DNA of 63,478 nt, the filler included, from Folioceros fuciformis (Eukaryota), in assembly GCA_049999805.1 (NCBI GenBank). It is 10 parts of 10 records of this genome, joined end to end, with 100 filler letters (N's around TTAATTAATTAA, not from the genome) between each part and the next. Parts side by side here need not be neighbours in the genome. Positions count along the whole stretch, not along the records: positions 1 to 3,252 come from JBNGIO010001936.1; positions 3,353 to 16,069 come from JBNGIO010001937.1; 8 more parts are not named here. One strand, given 5' to 3'. The position numbers were made by a program, and so were the translations under genes. This document shows positions 1 to 11,788 of the stretch, piece after piece. The notes beneath the pieces were generated by a model, which ran no database searches, was not told the DNA's origin, and saw only the letters and a list, made by a program, of their open reading frames with translations. Each line of letters opens with the position of its first letter. Within the stretch, counting starts at the first letter, position 1.

Positions 1-493
1 CAACTTGGGAACGTGCTTGTCTAAAAGCATTAATATGATGTTCGATACTATCGGATTCTTTCATAAATAAATTACGGAAGTTACGAGAAGCTGCCACAAT
101 GCTCATTACATCTTGTGATGAATATAATTGAGTAAGGTGAGACCACATTTCATGAGATGTTTTTGCATGTGCAACATGCCTGACCATTTGTTGAGAGAGT
201 CCACTTATTAATAAATCTTGTCCCTTCTCATCCCTGGTGTCCCAGGAAATCTGAAGTTCACGTTCATCATCAGACCTTGGTCTCGTTATGGATCCATCAA
301 CAATACCCCATAATGCTCTTTGTCTCAATGCTCCTCGCATACGTAATGCCCAAATATCATAATCTTTCCCGTTGAATCTATCTTTCTCTTTGAAACCATC
401 ACCAAAATGATAATGTGTAGGAGGATGGACATTATCATTACCCATAGGTGAGTTTGGCGTAGATTCAAATTCTTCTTCAATCACTCCGGCCAT
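1..493 (-). mobile_element. gag: Copia family A gag (N-terminal part, runs off the window)
   Basis: Open frame from ATG 493: MAGVIEEEF...FKEKDRFNGKDYDIWALRMRGALRQRALWGIVDGSITRP...AKTSHEMWSHLTQLY, typical Copia Gag/UBN2 motifs. Confidence 0.9.
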
Positions 494-505
494 AGCTAAT
501 CGTCC

Positions 506-1038
506 TTAGAGGACAAAGCTGTTGCGGTAAGGCTTATGCTCAATTTTATTGCACATATAGAATTCATCCATCGCGCTGTTTTCAGGAGATGATGACATAC
601 TCTCTAATCCTTGATTAGTATTAAACTCAGAAAGCAAAGAAAATTTTGATTTCAAATCAAATAATTCAGTTTGAAGATTAGAGACCTGAATTTTGAGAGA
701 TGAAAATTGATTATAAAAATCATGAAGAGATGGAGTTTGAATTCTATTTTTATTTGACAAAACAAGAGTACGGGAAGAACTTAATCCAATTATTAAATAA
801 TATGGTTAAGGGCCAATTCCAAAGCTTTAATGTGAATAGGGCTGAAGTATTCAAGTAAATGACATCTTGATAACTTAATAAGCTTCCCTTGATCTGGTTT
901 TGGAAATAAAATTGATGCAATGAAATTTGCTATAGATGAAGACATTTGTTCTATTTCACTCTCAATAGCTTGTTGCCTGATGAGATTCTCTTTCCTTTTA
1001 ACCTTCTGTTTTCTCCTTCTAATAGAATTGAAGGCCAT
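506..1038 (-). pseudogene. Extra ORF ('ORF0') upstream of gag in Copia family A, split by a stop/frameshift (793-1038 and 506-760)
   Basis: 38/48 aa identical to the ORF at 6757-6900 in a second element; lies between PBS and gag. Confidence 0.75.
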
Positions 1039-1214
1039 GGAGAAATTATAGAAGATTGAAACATATAAGCATGTTAAAGGAAGAGATGAAGAATTGGTGA
1101 AATAGAGAATGTAGAACAATAGCACTCCATCTAGACGAATGCTAGATTTAAGAGTGCCTTGTAAATAATCTCCTCATACATAAGAAACATAAGCATACGC
1201 AAGAGAGCAATGAT

Positions 1215-1226
1215 GTTCTGATACCA
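1215..1226 (-). promoter_or_regulatory. Primer binding site (tRNA-iMet type)
   Basis: TGGTATCAGAAC directly after the LTR end ...CTCATCA. Confidence 0.85.
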
Positions 1227-1463
1227 TGATGAGAATCTGTAGCTCTTAGATTGGAAGAAGATGAAACAATGTAAGTAATTAATGAGTAAAGTACAAGCCT
1301 TTAAATAGGCTGGGTAGTTGGGTGGTTACAACCATAAGTAGTCGCAACCATAAGTTGTTGTAACTAATATAACTACTAACTACCTAAATAACCCTAGGTA
1401 GATAATAATGTTTAAGTTATGAGGCCCTAATGAATAGTGCCCTAATCTAGACCTATTTCATCA
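1227..1463 (-). repeat. 5' LTR of Copia family A (237 bp), inserted into the RT of another Copia element
   Basis: TGATGA...TCATCA termini; homologous to 6150-6416; the RT frame 1442-1663 runs into it. Confidence 0.85.
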
Positions 1464-3252
1464 ACTAGTACAAGGGAGCTGTCCTTGCGGAGTACATAGA
1501 TATTGGTGTCTGCTTCACTTTGGATAAAACCTATCTTCTTGAGGTAAGAGTCAATTCTCTCATACCATAAACGTGGGCTTTGCTGTAGTCCGTAAATAGA
1601 ACGAATAAGTTTACACACCTTATTTGAATGTTGCTTATCTTCATAGTCTTCTGGTTGATCCATATAGATCTCTTCTTGCAGATGACCATAAAGGAAAGCA
1701 GTACAAACATCAAGCTAATAAATTTCCAGATTAAGCGCGGCACGTAAAGCCAGGAGCATTCTCACGGAAGCAGCCTTGACTACAGGTGAATAAGCCTTAT
1801 CGCCCCAATAGTCCACTCCCTCTTTTTTACTATAACCCTTAGCCACTAGTCTCGCCTTATAGCGAATACGAGGTTCAACCTCCTGGAATTTAGTTTTGAG
1901 AACCCACTTGCATTTGACAGTAGTTCTGCCTTTCGGCAAGTTTACTAGAGTTAAAGTATTATTTTTGATAAGAGAATTATATTCATCATCAATAGCAAAC
2001 TTCCACTTAGCTGCATTGGGTAGCTCCCAGTGGCCTGGAATTTGACACCAGTTGCAGGTACTGGGCTTGCGGGAGGAATTAGCAGGTTTGGATGCCGAAG
2101 GTCCACGACCAAGAGCCGAAGAAGGCGTAGTGAAGGGCCGTCTATCAGGAGGAGGAGGACGACGTCGCTAGTGGGGCTAGTGGCGTTGACGGCCTTTGCT
2201 AACGAACATAACTCATTTACCACCGTACTTTGAAGTGTCGGCATTGTATTTGGAAGCCTCCTCTTGAAGGAGAGCGCCGGCAATTCTGGAGATGGAAATG
2301 TTGGGTGTGCGGCCAGCCTTTACCGTCTGATGAGCCTCTTGAACAGTGACATTCTGAGAGGACACAAATGCTTGAAAGCTAGTAGGAAGGGAGGCCAGCA
2401 ATTGGACACAAGCTTCGAATTCTGATAAGGGAGTGCCTAAGGTAGCAAGGTGGGCCCGAAGATAACAAAACTTGCCAACATAAGTACCAATGCTCTCATT
2501 ATTATTCATGCTGAGAGAATAAAATTCGTTGCGCACTGTTACTAATGTCATAACATTGGTAGATTGAAAAATATCGACTAGCTGCCACCAAGCCTCAGCA
2601 GCAGTAGTAGCATCGTCAAGATGATGAAGAGTGACTTCATCGAGGCCCAAGATAAGGATATGCATAGCTAGCTTGTCTTGTTTCAACCAAGAGTCGTAGG
2701 TAGGTGAAGGCCCATTAGGTTTGGTGATAGATCCATCAACTATGCCAAGTAGATCTCTTGTATTCAAGACAGAACGCATACGTTTGGACCATATCTCGAA
2801 CTTAGTGCCGTTAAAACGGTCTTTCTCTTTGAATTCAGAAGTCACATTCATATAATTGATGATAGGAGTAGGGGGCGTGTTTGATGAGGAAGCCATCATG
2901 ATAGAAGCAAACAATAGTGATTAGATAGAAGCAGAAGAGAAATACAGGAAGGACTGCCAACTCCAAGTTATGACGAGAAGCCAATTAGTCTTCAAATATA
3001 TATATATTGATATATCAAATCTTGAATAGGATCAACTCAAATGTTATACGAATAAAAGTCCAGAAAGTTAAGCAGCCCAATGAACGATGCCACGAGTACT
3101 AGGGCCATAAATAGTAGAAAGATATTGAATTGCTTGGGCAATTGAGTGCACCGATTGAGAGGGCTGATTAAGATAATCCCAGAGATGACAACACTCCAAT
3201 TGAAATAGATCTTGAGGAGTAGCACTAGCTTGCTGATAAAGGTAACGCTGAG
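1464..3252 (-). mobile_element. Degenerate Copia element related to family A: ORF0 remnant, gag (2213-2899), zinc knuckle fused to RT, no protease/integrase
   Basis: FKEKDRFNG gag; [11 protein letters not shown] joined in frame to [30 protein letters not shown] and LIRSIYGLQQSPRLWY RT motifs. Confidence 0.9.
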
Positions 3253-3352
3253 NNNNNNNNNNNNNNNNNNNNNNNNNNNNNNNNNNNNNNNNNNNNTTAA
3301 TTAATTAANNNNNNNNNNNNNNNNNNNNNNNNNNNNNNNNNNNNNNNNNNNN
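3253..3352. other. Artificial contig spacer
   Basis: N44-TTAATTAATTAA-N44, stops in all six frames; identical at nine places. Confidence 0.98.
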
Positions 3353-5536
3353 AATCTGGTGAGATGGGATACCGTCTATGGGATCCAGAAGCCAAGAGGA
3401 TGGTTCGCAGCAATGACTTGTTCTTCAATAAGACCAAAATGCACAAGAAGCCTACTCCAACTGTGGAAGTGCGATGGGTGGTTTTTCAAGAAGATGGACT
3501 TGACCGTTCCGCGCAGGTTGAACGTCATGCTGTGCAGGAACAAGTTCCTCCACTTGTAGAAGAGGAGAGAGTGCAACCAGCTCCGGTCGAGGCGCCAGTG
3601 CTTCGTAGGTCAGGAAGGATCTCATGTCCTCCTAACAGGTATGTTGCATCTCTTGATTATGTCATGTTGGCGGATTGTGGGGAGCCCTCTTGTTACCAAG
3701 AGACCATGTCAGTGACTGACAAGGACAAGTGGGAGAAGGCGATGCAGTTGCAGATGGATTCGCCCCTCAAGAACCAAACTTGGGAATTGGTTCGATTGCC
3801 TAAGGGCAAGAAGGCGTTGCCATGCAAATGGGTGTATAAGATGAAGGACATACCCCATTATGGCAAACCCAAGTACAAGGCACGATTGGTTGCGAAGGGT
3901 TTTAAGCAACAGCAAGGTATTGACTTTGATGAGATTTTCTCACCGGTTGTCAAAATAACCACCTTGCGATGTGTTCTTGCTCTGCTTGCGAGGCATGACA
4001 TGGAACTTGTCCAAATGGATGTTAAGTCGGCATTTTTGCATGGTGATCTCTAGGAAAAGGTATACATGCAGCAACCAGAGGGTTTCATTGAGAAGGGCAA
4101 AGACAATCTAGTGTGCAGGTTAAAGAAGAGCCTTTATGGTTTGAAGCAGGCACCTAGGGGGTGGTATTTCAAATTCCACTCGTTTATGCTTTCTCAAGGC
4201 TACAAACGTAGCGATGAGGATCATTACCTCTATCCGAAGTAAGCTAAGGATGGAAGCTTGCTCATTCTGGTCCTCTACGTGGATGATATGCTAATTGCTA
4301 GGACTAATAGTGATGACATTTCAGCGTTAAAATCAAAGTTGAATGATCGCTTTGACATGACAGACTTGGGAGAGGCAAGCCATATTCTTGGCATGCGTAT
4401 TCGTCGAGATAGACAGAAGCATTTGCTTTACTTGTCTCAAACTGAATACATTAACAAAGTGCTTCAACATTTCAATATGGAGAAGGGGAAGGTATTGAGT
4501 ACTCTATTGCCTCCATATGTGAAACTTTCGAGCAAAGATTGCCTAAGCTCTGCGGAGGACAAAGCTGAAATGGAGAAGGTTCCATACTCATCAGCTGTGG
4601 GGAGTTTGATGTATACAATGATTGCTAAGCGTCTTGACATTGCGTTTGCAGTGGGAGTGGTTAGCAGGTTTATGTCAAATCCTAGCAGGAAGCATTGGGA
4701 GGCAGTGAAAGGAGTTATGAGGTACTTGAATGGTACAAAAGCTTTGTGCATATGTTTGGTAGTGAAGATGCATCTGTCGTGGGATATATGGATGCTGATT
4801 ATGCAGGGGATATGGACAAAAGGAGGTCCACATTAGGTTATGTCTTCATGTGCACTAGAGGGGCAGTCTCATGGCGATCACGTTTGCAATCGTGCATAAC
4901 GCTATCCACCACAGAGGCCGAGTATGTTGCAGCGACTGAGGCATGCAAGGAAGCCATGTGGCTTGCTCGTCTAGTGGGAGATTTGGGAATCAAGGTTAAG
5001 CTACCAGTGTTGCATTGTGATAGCCAGAGTGCTATCCAATTGGCGAAGAATCCAGTTTTCATGCGAAGACCAAACATGTGGAAGTGAAATATCACTTCGT
5101 TCGAGAGGTGTTGGAAGACAAGAGCGTACAACTTGTCAAAGTTCACACCAGTCAAAACCCTGTAGATGTTCTTACCAAGGGGCTCTCTTCAGAGCAATTT
5201 GCACAAGCTCGGACACTCATGAGCATGAGGTAGACCACTCTCCTATGAAGATAAATTGGCCTTTAAGGGGGAGGTTGTAGGGTTATTAAAGCCCAATGTG
5301 CTTAGACTAATGTGTTTAGTCTAAGATTAGTGTCTAGTTAAGTATCATTAGTTTAGATTAGCTTAAGTTAATCTGTAGGAAGCTTCTTGCACAGCTTCCT
5401 GTGCGCTTCTTGTGAAGCTTTCTGGGGAGCTCTTCTAGAGGGTATAAATACCCCCTTGAGCTCCCTTGCATATTGAGACCTTTTGTGAGGGTGTGTCCTC
5501 TCCTTTCCTTCACCATGCTTCTCTAGCCATCCTTCA
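3353..5536 (+). mobile_element. Copia family B (Tnt1-like) 3' part: integrase C-terminus, RT, RNase H, PPT, 3' LTR; pseudogenised
   Basis: [45 protein letters not shown]; in-frame stops and frameshifts; PPT AAGGGGGAGG before 5276. Confidence 0.95.
5276..5536 (+). repeat. Family B LTR
   Basis: TGTAGG...CCTTCA; homologous to 49848-50161, 54203-54492 and 60283-60564. Confidence 0.9.
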
Positions 5537-6149
5537 AGTGTGACATAGCTTGTTATCTTAACAAAATGCTTGCTGTCACTACGGCAGCGTGGAGGCATGT
5601 AGTGGATAGGATGTGTTCTCTGTCCATGGGCTCTAAATCGTGAGCATCTTGCCATGGCAAAAAACAAGAGGCTTGGAGACAGAGGAAGGGAGAGGCAAAA
5701 TGCCTCTCTACCTTAATAGAAGCCATCAAAGAAAGAAGTCGGGCTAGCAATCTATCACATCTAAGATTTGAGAAGGTTCGAGCTTTGGCCTTCAAGATTA
5801 AGCATTCTCCTCTGATACCATATAGGAATGTGAATCAACCAAGGGATTGATTAGGAAAGGAAAGAAGAAATGAATACCAACACTCACATATTAGCATGAG
5901 GATGCTTATGTAGTATGTGTGAAGGGGTGTGTTCATTCGTGTTTGTCTAATCCCTAATATCTAGGGTGACTTGTTCCAATAACAAAGCCACTATGCAGAA
6001 ATCCCTAACAAAGAAGCACAAAGCCACTATGCAAAAATCCCTAACAAATAAGTACAAAGCCAAGATGGGGGCTAAGAGGGCCTAACTTCCACTACTTCTC
6101 CACAATGTGAAGAGGACACAACCGTTTGGGCAAGTCCTCTAGTCAAGAC
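5537..6149 (-). mobile_element. Fragment of a third LTR element (family C): partial LTR 5821-6149, PBS 5810-5820, start of gag; interrupted on both sides
   Basis: TGGTATCAGAG PBS on the minus strand followed by MASIKVE...; a 36-bp tandem unit at 5983-6061 lies in the LTR. Confidence 0.6.
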
Positions 6150-6416
6150 TGATGAAATATATCTAGCTTAGGGCACTATTCATTAGGGCCACATTATTTA
6201 GACATTATTGTATGCCTAAGGCATTAGATAGTTACCTAGTTAATTGCTCTAGGTAGTTAGTTGTTATATTAGTTGCAACAACTTATGGTTACAACTACTT
6301 ATAGTTGTAACCACCTAACAACCTCAAGCACCTAGCCTATATAAAGGCTTGTACTTTACTCTTTAATTCATTGCATTCTATCTTTTGCATCTTAGAGCAA
6401 GGCGTGATTTTCATCA
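6150..6416 (+). repeat. 5' LTR of Copia family A (267 bp), PBS TGGTATTAGAGC at 6417-6428
   Basis: TGATGA...TCATCA termini, TATATAAA box, homology to 1227-1463. Confidence 0.9.
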
Positions 6417-6617
6417 TGGTATTAGAGCATCTTGCTCTCCATTATGCGAGTGCAGCTTCAAGCATCTAAGGAGCTCATCTAGGAGGCATTTTCCAATCTA
6501 GCACCTTGTTAGATGGATTGTGTTTATTCTAAAATTGCTGCTCTTTTATGTTTCCTTCTCATGCGAATATCTCTTTTTTAATAATGCTCTTATGCACTAA
6601 TTTTTCGTCTTCTCTTC

Positions 6618-7110
6618 ATGGAAGTGATTTCTTTTAGTAGGAGGAGGCCTAGAATTAGAAAAAGAGATTGCCCTGCAAGACAACAAGAACAAGGTAGGAT
6701 CAAGAATATTAGAAGCAATAGAAGTTCTCAAATTATAGCAGGAGAGAGAAGAAATCTCTTCCTCCATAGCTAACTTCATTGCATCTATTCTAATTTCTAA
6801 ACCAGATCAAGGCAAGTTGATTAAGCTAGCTAGATGTGATTTGCCAGAAGTACTTAGTCCAATTTACATCAAAGCCTTAGAACTAGCTATCCAACATATC
6901 CCAAATTTGAGAGCTAGTACCAACACTCCTAAATTTTCTAGTCTACAGGGCCAAAACATAGAAACTGATAAAATTGATGACCAAGATAGACAACTATCAT
7001 CTCTAACAATTCATCGTCTTGATCTCAAGAGAAAGCTAACAGAACTTAGGACAGAGGTGTCCATTCTCTCTAAGTTCATAGATGTGCAGGAATCTCCAAG
7101 GAGGTCATGA
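6618..7110 (+). pseudogene. ORF0 of Copia family A (frameshifted near its 5' end)
   Basis: MEVISFSRRRPRIRKR... then SSSIANFIASILISKPDQGKLIKLARCDLPEVLSPIYIKALELAIQHI and a heptad-like LSSLTIHRLDLKRKLTELRTEVSILSKF. Confidence 0.75.
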
Positions 7111-7219
7111 TCTCATGATGCAGATTATTATGCAAGGGAGGAGTTTCGAGGTTGCAATAGAGAATTGAAAAGCTGTACCTTTGAGGCTTAGTCCTCTAGA
7201 TCACCTTCTATTGCTGGAG

Positions 7220-9560
7220 CTTATAATATTGAAGAAGAAGTTTCATCGTCACCAAACACACCCATGATGGATCCTTCTGGGAGTTCTAATCATACTTTGA
7301 TTAATTACTATGGTGACAACTTTAAAGAGAAGGATAGGTTCAATGGAAAGAATTATTATGTTTGGGCTATACGAATGAAAGGAGCCTTATGACAACGAGA
7401 TCTCTGGGAAATAGTCGAGGGAAGACTTTTCAGACCCACTGAAGGTTTTGAAGCACACCTTCGAATCTCCTGGGGCACAAGACCTTATTATCAGTGGACT
7501 TTCGAAGCAGATGGTGATACAAGTAGCTCATGCAAAGACCTCCCACGACATGTGGACTCACCTTGCTCAACTCTACTCCTCAATGGATGTTATGAGTATC
7601 GTTGCCGCTTCCCACAATTTCCGCAATCTTCAAATGAAGGAGTCTAATTCCATTGAACACCATATAAGTGCTTTTCGACTAGCGAGATCTCAACTTGAAG
7701 CTGCAAGTGGCATCCTTGTCCATGAGTTGGAAGCATATGTTATCCTTCTATCTTCTTTGCCGCCATCATATAGAGCTTTTGTCACAACTCAAAATGTTGT
7801 CCTCCGTAATGCAAGAAGGGAGGCAGATGAGAATCCATAAGCGGAAATTAAGCTCAGCATCGCCGAACTCATAGGAGCATTGATGGAAGAGGAATCAAGT
7901 CGGCGACACTCCAGAACCAAAAAGCAACAGGTGATGTTCACTATAAGGGGCAATGGAAGAGGACGAGGTTGTGGCCGAGGTTCTACTTCGCAGCGACCCC
8001 AGAATTCCAATGACAACTCTCAAAGACGAGAGACTTCCTCAACACCTGCAAGAGGTACCAAGAAGAAAGGCATCATTTGTAATTGGTGCAAGATCCCAAA
8101 TCACATGGAAAAGGATTGTTATAAGAAGAAAAATGATTTATGAAAGCTACAGTGGACTCTGAGTATGACTCTCTAGTTAAGAACTCTACATGGGAATTAG
8201 TTAAACCACCAAAAGGGAGAAAAATAGTTGGGAGCAAATGGGTCTTCAAAATCAAACGTAAGGGTGATGGTTCCATTGAGAGATATAAGGCAAGATTAGT
8301 AGCTAGAGGTTTTACCCAGATACCGAGTTTAGATTATATACCATAGGCTGTCTATGCTCTAGTAGCAAAGTTTGCCTCTCAGAATTATAATTGCCTTATT
8401 TGCTCAACATGATTTACATCTTCATATGATGGATGGCAAAACTGCTTATGTGCATGGACGCATTCAAGAAGAAATATACATGAAGCAAGTAATGGAACAA
8501 TGTTACATGACAAGCTAATCGCATATGGTTTTGTACAAAGCAAAGCTGATGCAAGCTTGTATATATTAAAGACAAAACAATATACAATTTATCTTTTACT
8601 TTATGTGGATGACTTATTTTTAGCATCATCCTCACTCTCCCACCTGGCTGAGATAAAGGCTTGGTTAAGAAGTCACTATGAAATGACAAACTTGGGAGAA
8701 CTCACCTATGCCCTTGGAGTCAATATCATAAGGGATAGAAGTGACAAATCCATTTCCTTAGTTCAGACAAAGTATGTAAAAGAGAGTTTAGCCAAGTTTG
8801 GACTTGAAGAAGCTAAACCAGCTGCCACACCTTTTCCTAGAGGCACAAGGCTCACTTTAGATATGAGCCCTAAGACTGATCTTGAGAAAGTCGAGATGTC
8901 AGCAGTATTATACAGACATACTGTTGGTACTTTAATATATTTAAGTAACTTCACAAGACGTGATATACCTTTCGAAGTTAGTGTAGTCTCACAATTTTTG
9001 GAGAACCCTAGCAACACTAGTTATGTGTCAAGAGGATTTTTAGGTATCTCGAAGGGACTATGCACACATGACTAATGTATAAACATACACCTGGCATATC
9101 CAAGTTAAATTTAACAGCATATGCCGATGTTGACTATGCTGGAGACCCAAACAGCCGAAAATCTGTATTTGGCTACGTTCTACTACTTGGAGGTGCTCCT
9201 ATCTCATGGTCAAGTAAGAAACAACCAACTATTGCTTTGTCAAGAACTGAGTCAGAGTATTAAGTTTTAACCTCAATCTCCAAAGATATACTCTGGAGTA
9301 GGTTAGCATTGAGTGAGTTGTGTTATCCTCAAAATGAGCCCACACCTCTGTTCAGTGATAGTCAGGGAGCAATAGCCTTAGCTAGAAACCACGTCTTCTA
9401 CCCCAGGATTAAGCATATAGCTGTAGAATATCATTACATATGTGAGATGTTAGAAAATAAAATAATAAATATAAATTATATACAAATCCAGGAAAATCCA
9501 GCTGATTTATTAACAAAGTCATTGGGCAGGGATTTACACCTTAAGCATATGAAAAGTTAA
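7220..9560 (+). mobile_element. Copia family A gag with zinc knuckle joined directly to RT-RNase H (protease/integrase missing); pseudogenised
   Basis: FKEKDRFNG, CNWCKIPNHMEKDC, then KATVDSEYDSLVKNSTWELV, LYVDDL, YADVDYAGD, KHIAVEYHYI. Confidence 0.92.
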
Positions 9561-9686
9561 GGAATATGTGAAGTTACCACTAATCTAGCTGTCAAGCGTA
9601 TGTAATTATAAACCACATAGATCATCTAGCATTTCAAGTTCAGCTTCTAACTCTAAATAGTATTCACTATACTCATTATTCTCTCT

Positions 9687-9753
9687 CTCTAATGCCCAAA
9701 AGGATCCTACATCAAAGTCCTCTAATGCCCAAAAGGATCCTACATCAAAGTCC
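9687..9753. repeat. 33-bp tandem duplication
   Basis: CTCTAATGCCCAAAAGGATCCTACATCAAAGTC x2. Confidence 0.9.
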
Positions 9754-9899
9754 ATTGGTTAAGTGACAAAAATGATGTGAATAACTTAGTTAAGTGGTTA
9801 GGACACTTACTATATAGGTGTTTAGTATGTCCTTCATATTCTTCACATGGGGATGCACCTAACCATATCATTTTTTTTCCTTTCTTGTCACATATATAC

Positions 9900-11788
9900 C
9901 CCATGGGAGCCTCATGGTCTCCACCCGGAGCTCATGTTGCTGTGAAGAAGCCATCTTCCACAACACCTTCGGCTCTCACAGTATGCTTGGCTTCATCATA
10001 GTCAACAAACCCACACTAGTATTTGGATAGTGGAGCCACCTCACATGTCTGCCATAATAGACACTTGTATGACTTTTATACTCCAGCTACAGGACAACAG
10101 TCTGTCTTACTGAGCGATGACCATAACCTTCCTGTTTTAGGTGTAAGTTCCGTTAAACTCAGATGTTCTTTAGGTCAAACTCTTCTTCTTTCTAACGTCC
10201 TCCATGTACCAGCTATGTGTAAAAATTTAGTGTCAGCCGCCAATTTATGTATAAAACATAATATGCAAGTCATTTTAGATGCAAACAGTTGTATTTTTAC
10301 TTACTCTCCAAGTGAATCCCTCAACATCTGCACAGGCGCAATAGAGAACGGGTTATATAACCTGTCAGTCCAAGTTGGATCCTCACATGATAGAATTAAT
10401 ATAGCTTCCCAAAACTCTCTCAACTCCAATGCAAATGTACTTTGGCATTGTAGATTAGGACATCCTAATAGCCAAAAGCTTGTCCAAATGTCTAAGGGAA
10501 ATTTTTAGAGACACCCTTCCCTTACTAAGAACCATTATCATGGTGTAAACCTTGTGATATCACTAAAAGACATCAAGCACCTTTTAAAAATAACTCTCCT
10601 CAGAGGGCTAAGGCACCCCTAGAGTTAGTTCACATAGACATTTGTGGCCCAATTTTTGCACCATCCTTCAGCGATTGCAGATACTTTATTACTTTTATTG
10701 ATGATTTCTCTCGCTTTACCACAACATACATCCTCAAGCACAAAAGTACAGCTTTTTAGTAATTTAAGGATTACATGATGTGGGCAGAGAGACTTACAGA
10801 GAAGAAACTCAAGCCCCTCCGTTCTGATAATGGAGGAGAATTTATCTCCAATGCTTTTACTGATTTTTGTCAAGCTCAAGGTATTGCTCAACAACTTACA
10901 GTGGTATATACACCTGAGCAAAATGGCATAGCAAAGAATAAGAACCTACGCCTTCAAGAGATAACAGGTTGCTTGCTCTCCCAAGCTAGATTAATTAAAC
11001 CATATTGGGCAGAAGCAATAAAAACAACAACTTATCTCATCAATAGACTGACAACTTCAGCAGTTAAAGGTATGACACCTTATAAAGCATTCACTGGAAG
11101 AAAGCCTTCCATCGACCACCTTCGGGTTTTTGGTTGTACGGCGTATGTTTATATTCCTAAAGCACAGCACAAGAAGTTAGATGATAAGGCTGCCAAATAT
11201 ACTTTTATTGGCTATAGAGAAGGTATCAAAGGATACAAATTATTTGATCCAACCATAAGGAGGCTCATTTGCCCTCGCAACCTTACTTTTAATGAGTCTC
11301 CCCTCTTATCCCCAGTGGACTCCAGCTCTCCTATATATGTCCCCGACGACAATACACTACCCTCATCTTTTGATGATGACGAATTTGTTAGTATCCATTA
11401 CCCTCCTTCCTCTCCTCCCGTTGAACCTATAATGCAAGAAGAGGAGGAGCCACCTTCTCCACGACGACCCACTACTCCAGATCCAGATATGGAAATTCCT
11501 CAGCATCTTAACAATATTTATGAGGTTCTAGATGATGATCTTCTAGATGATGTTGATCTAGATAATGAAGCCCATGAAGATCCTGCACAAGGAGAGAATC
11601 CAATCGTTGACGAAGAAGAGCATCCTGCACCAAGGTACAACCTAAGGACCAAACCTGCTGTTTGTGGCCCTGCAAGATGGAAGGAACCACCTTCAAGATA
11701 CCTTACCACTTTTGATGATCCCTTCTCACCTTTCTCCCATTTTCATCAATCTATTTATAAAGCTACAGTTGATCTTGAAGTTCCCTAG
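9900..11788 (+). mobile_element. Copia protease, GAG-pre-integrase and integrase segment (pseudogenised)
   Basis: LDSGATSHVC, LWHCRLGH, LRSDNGGEF, YTPEQNG, LRVFGCTAY, KGYKLFDP. Confidence 0.92.

Noticed and set aside
3037-3225. Hydrophobic 62-aa ORF as an env-like membrane protein
   Set aside because: An overlapping frame carries the ORF0 motif; the hydrophobicity is explained by T-rich sequence
11749-11785. KATVD similarity to 8140-8160 as a recombination repeat
   Set aside because: Short and imperfect; may be coincidental, so not used as evidence
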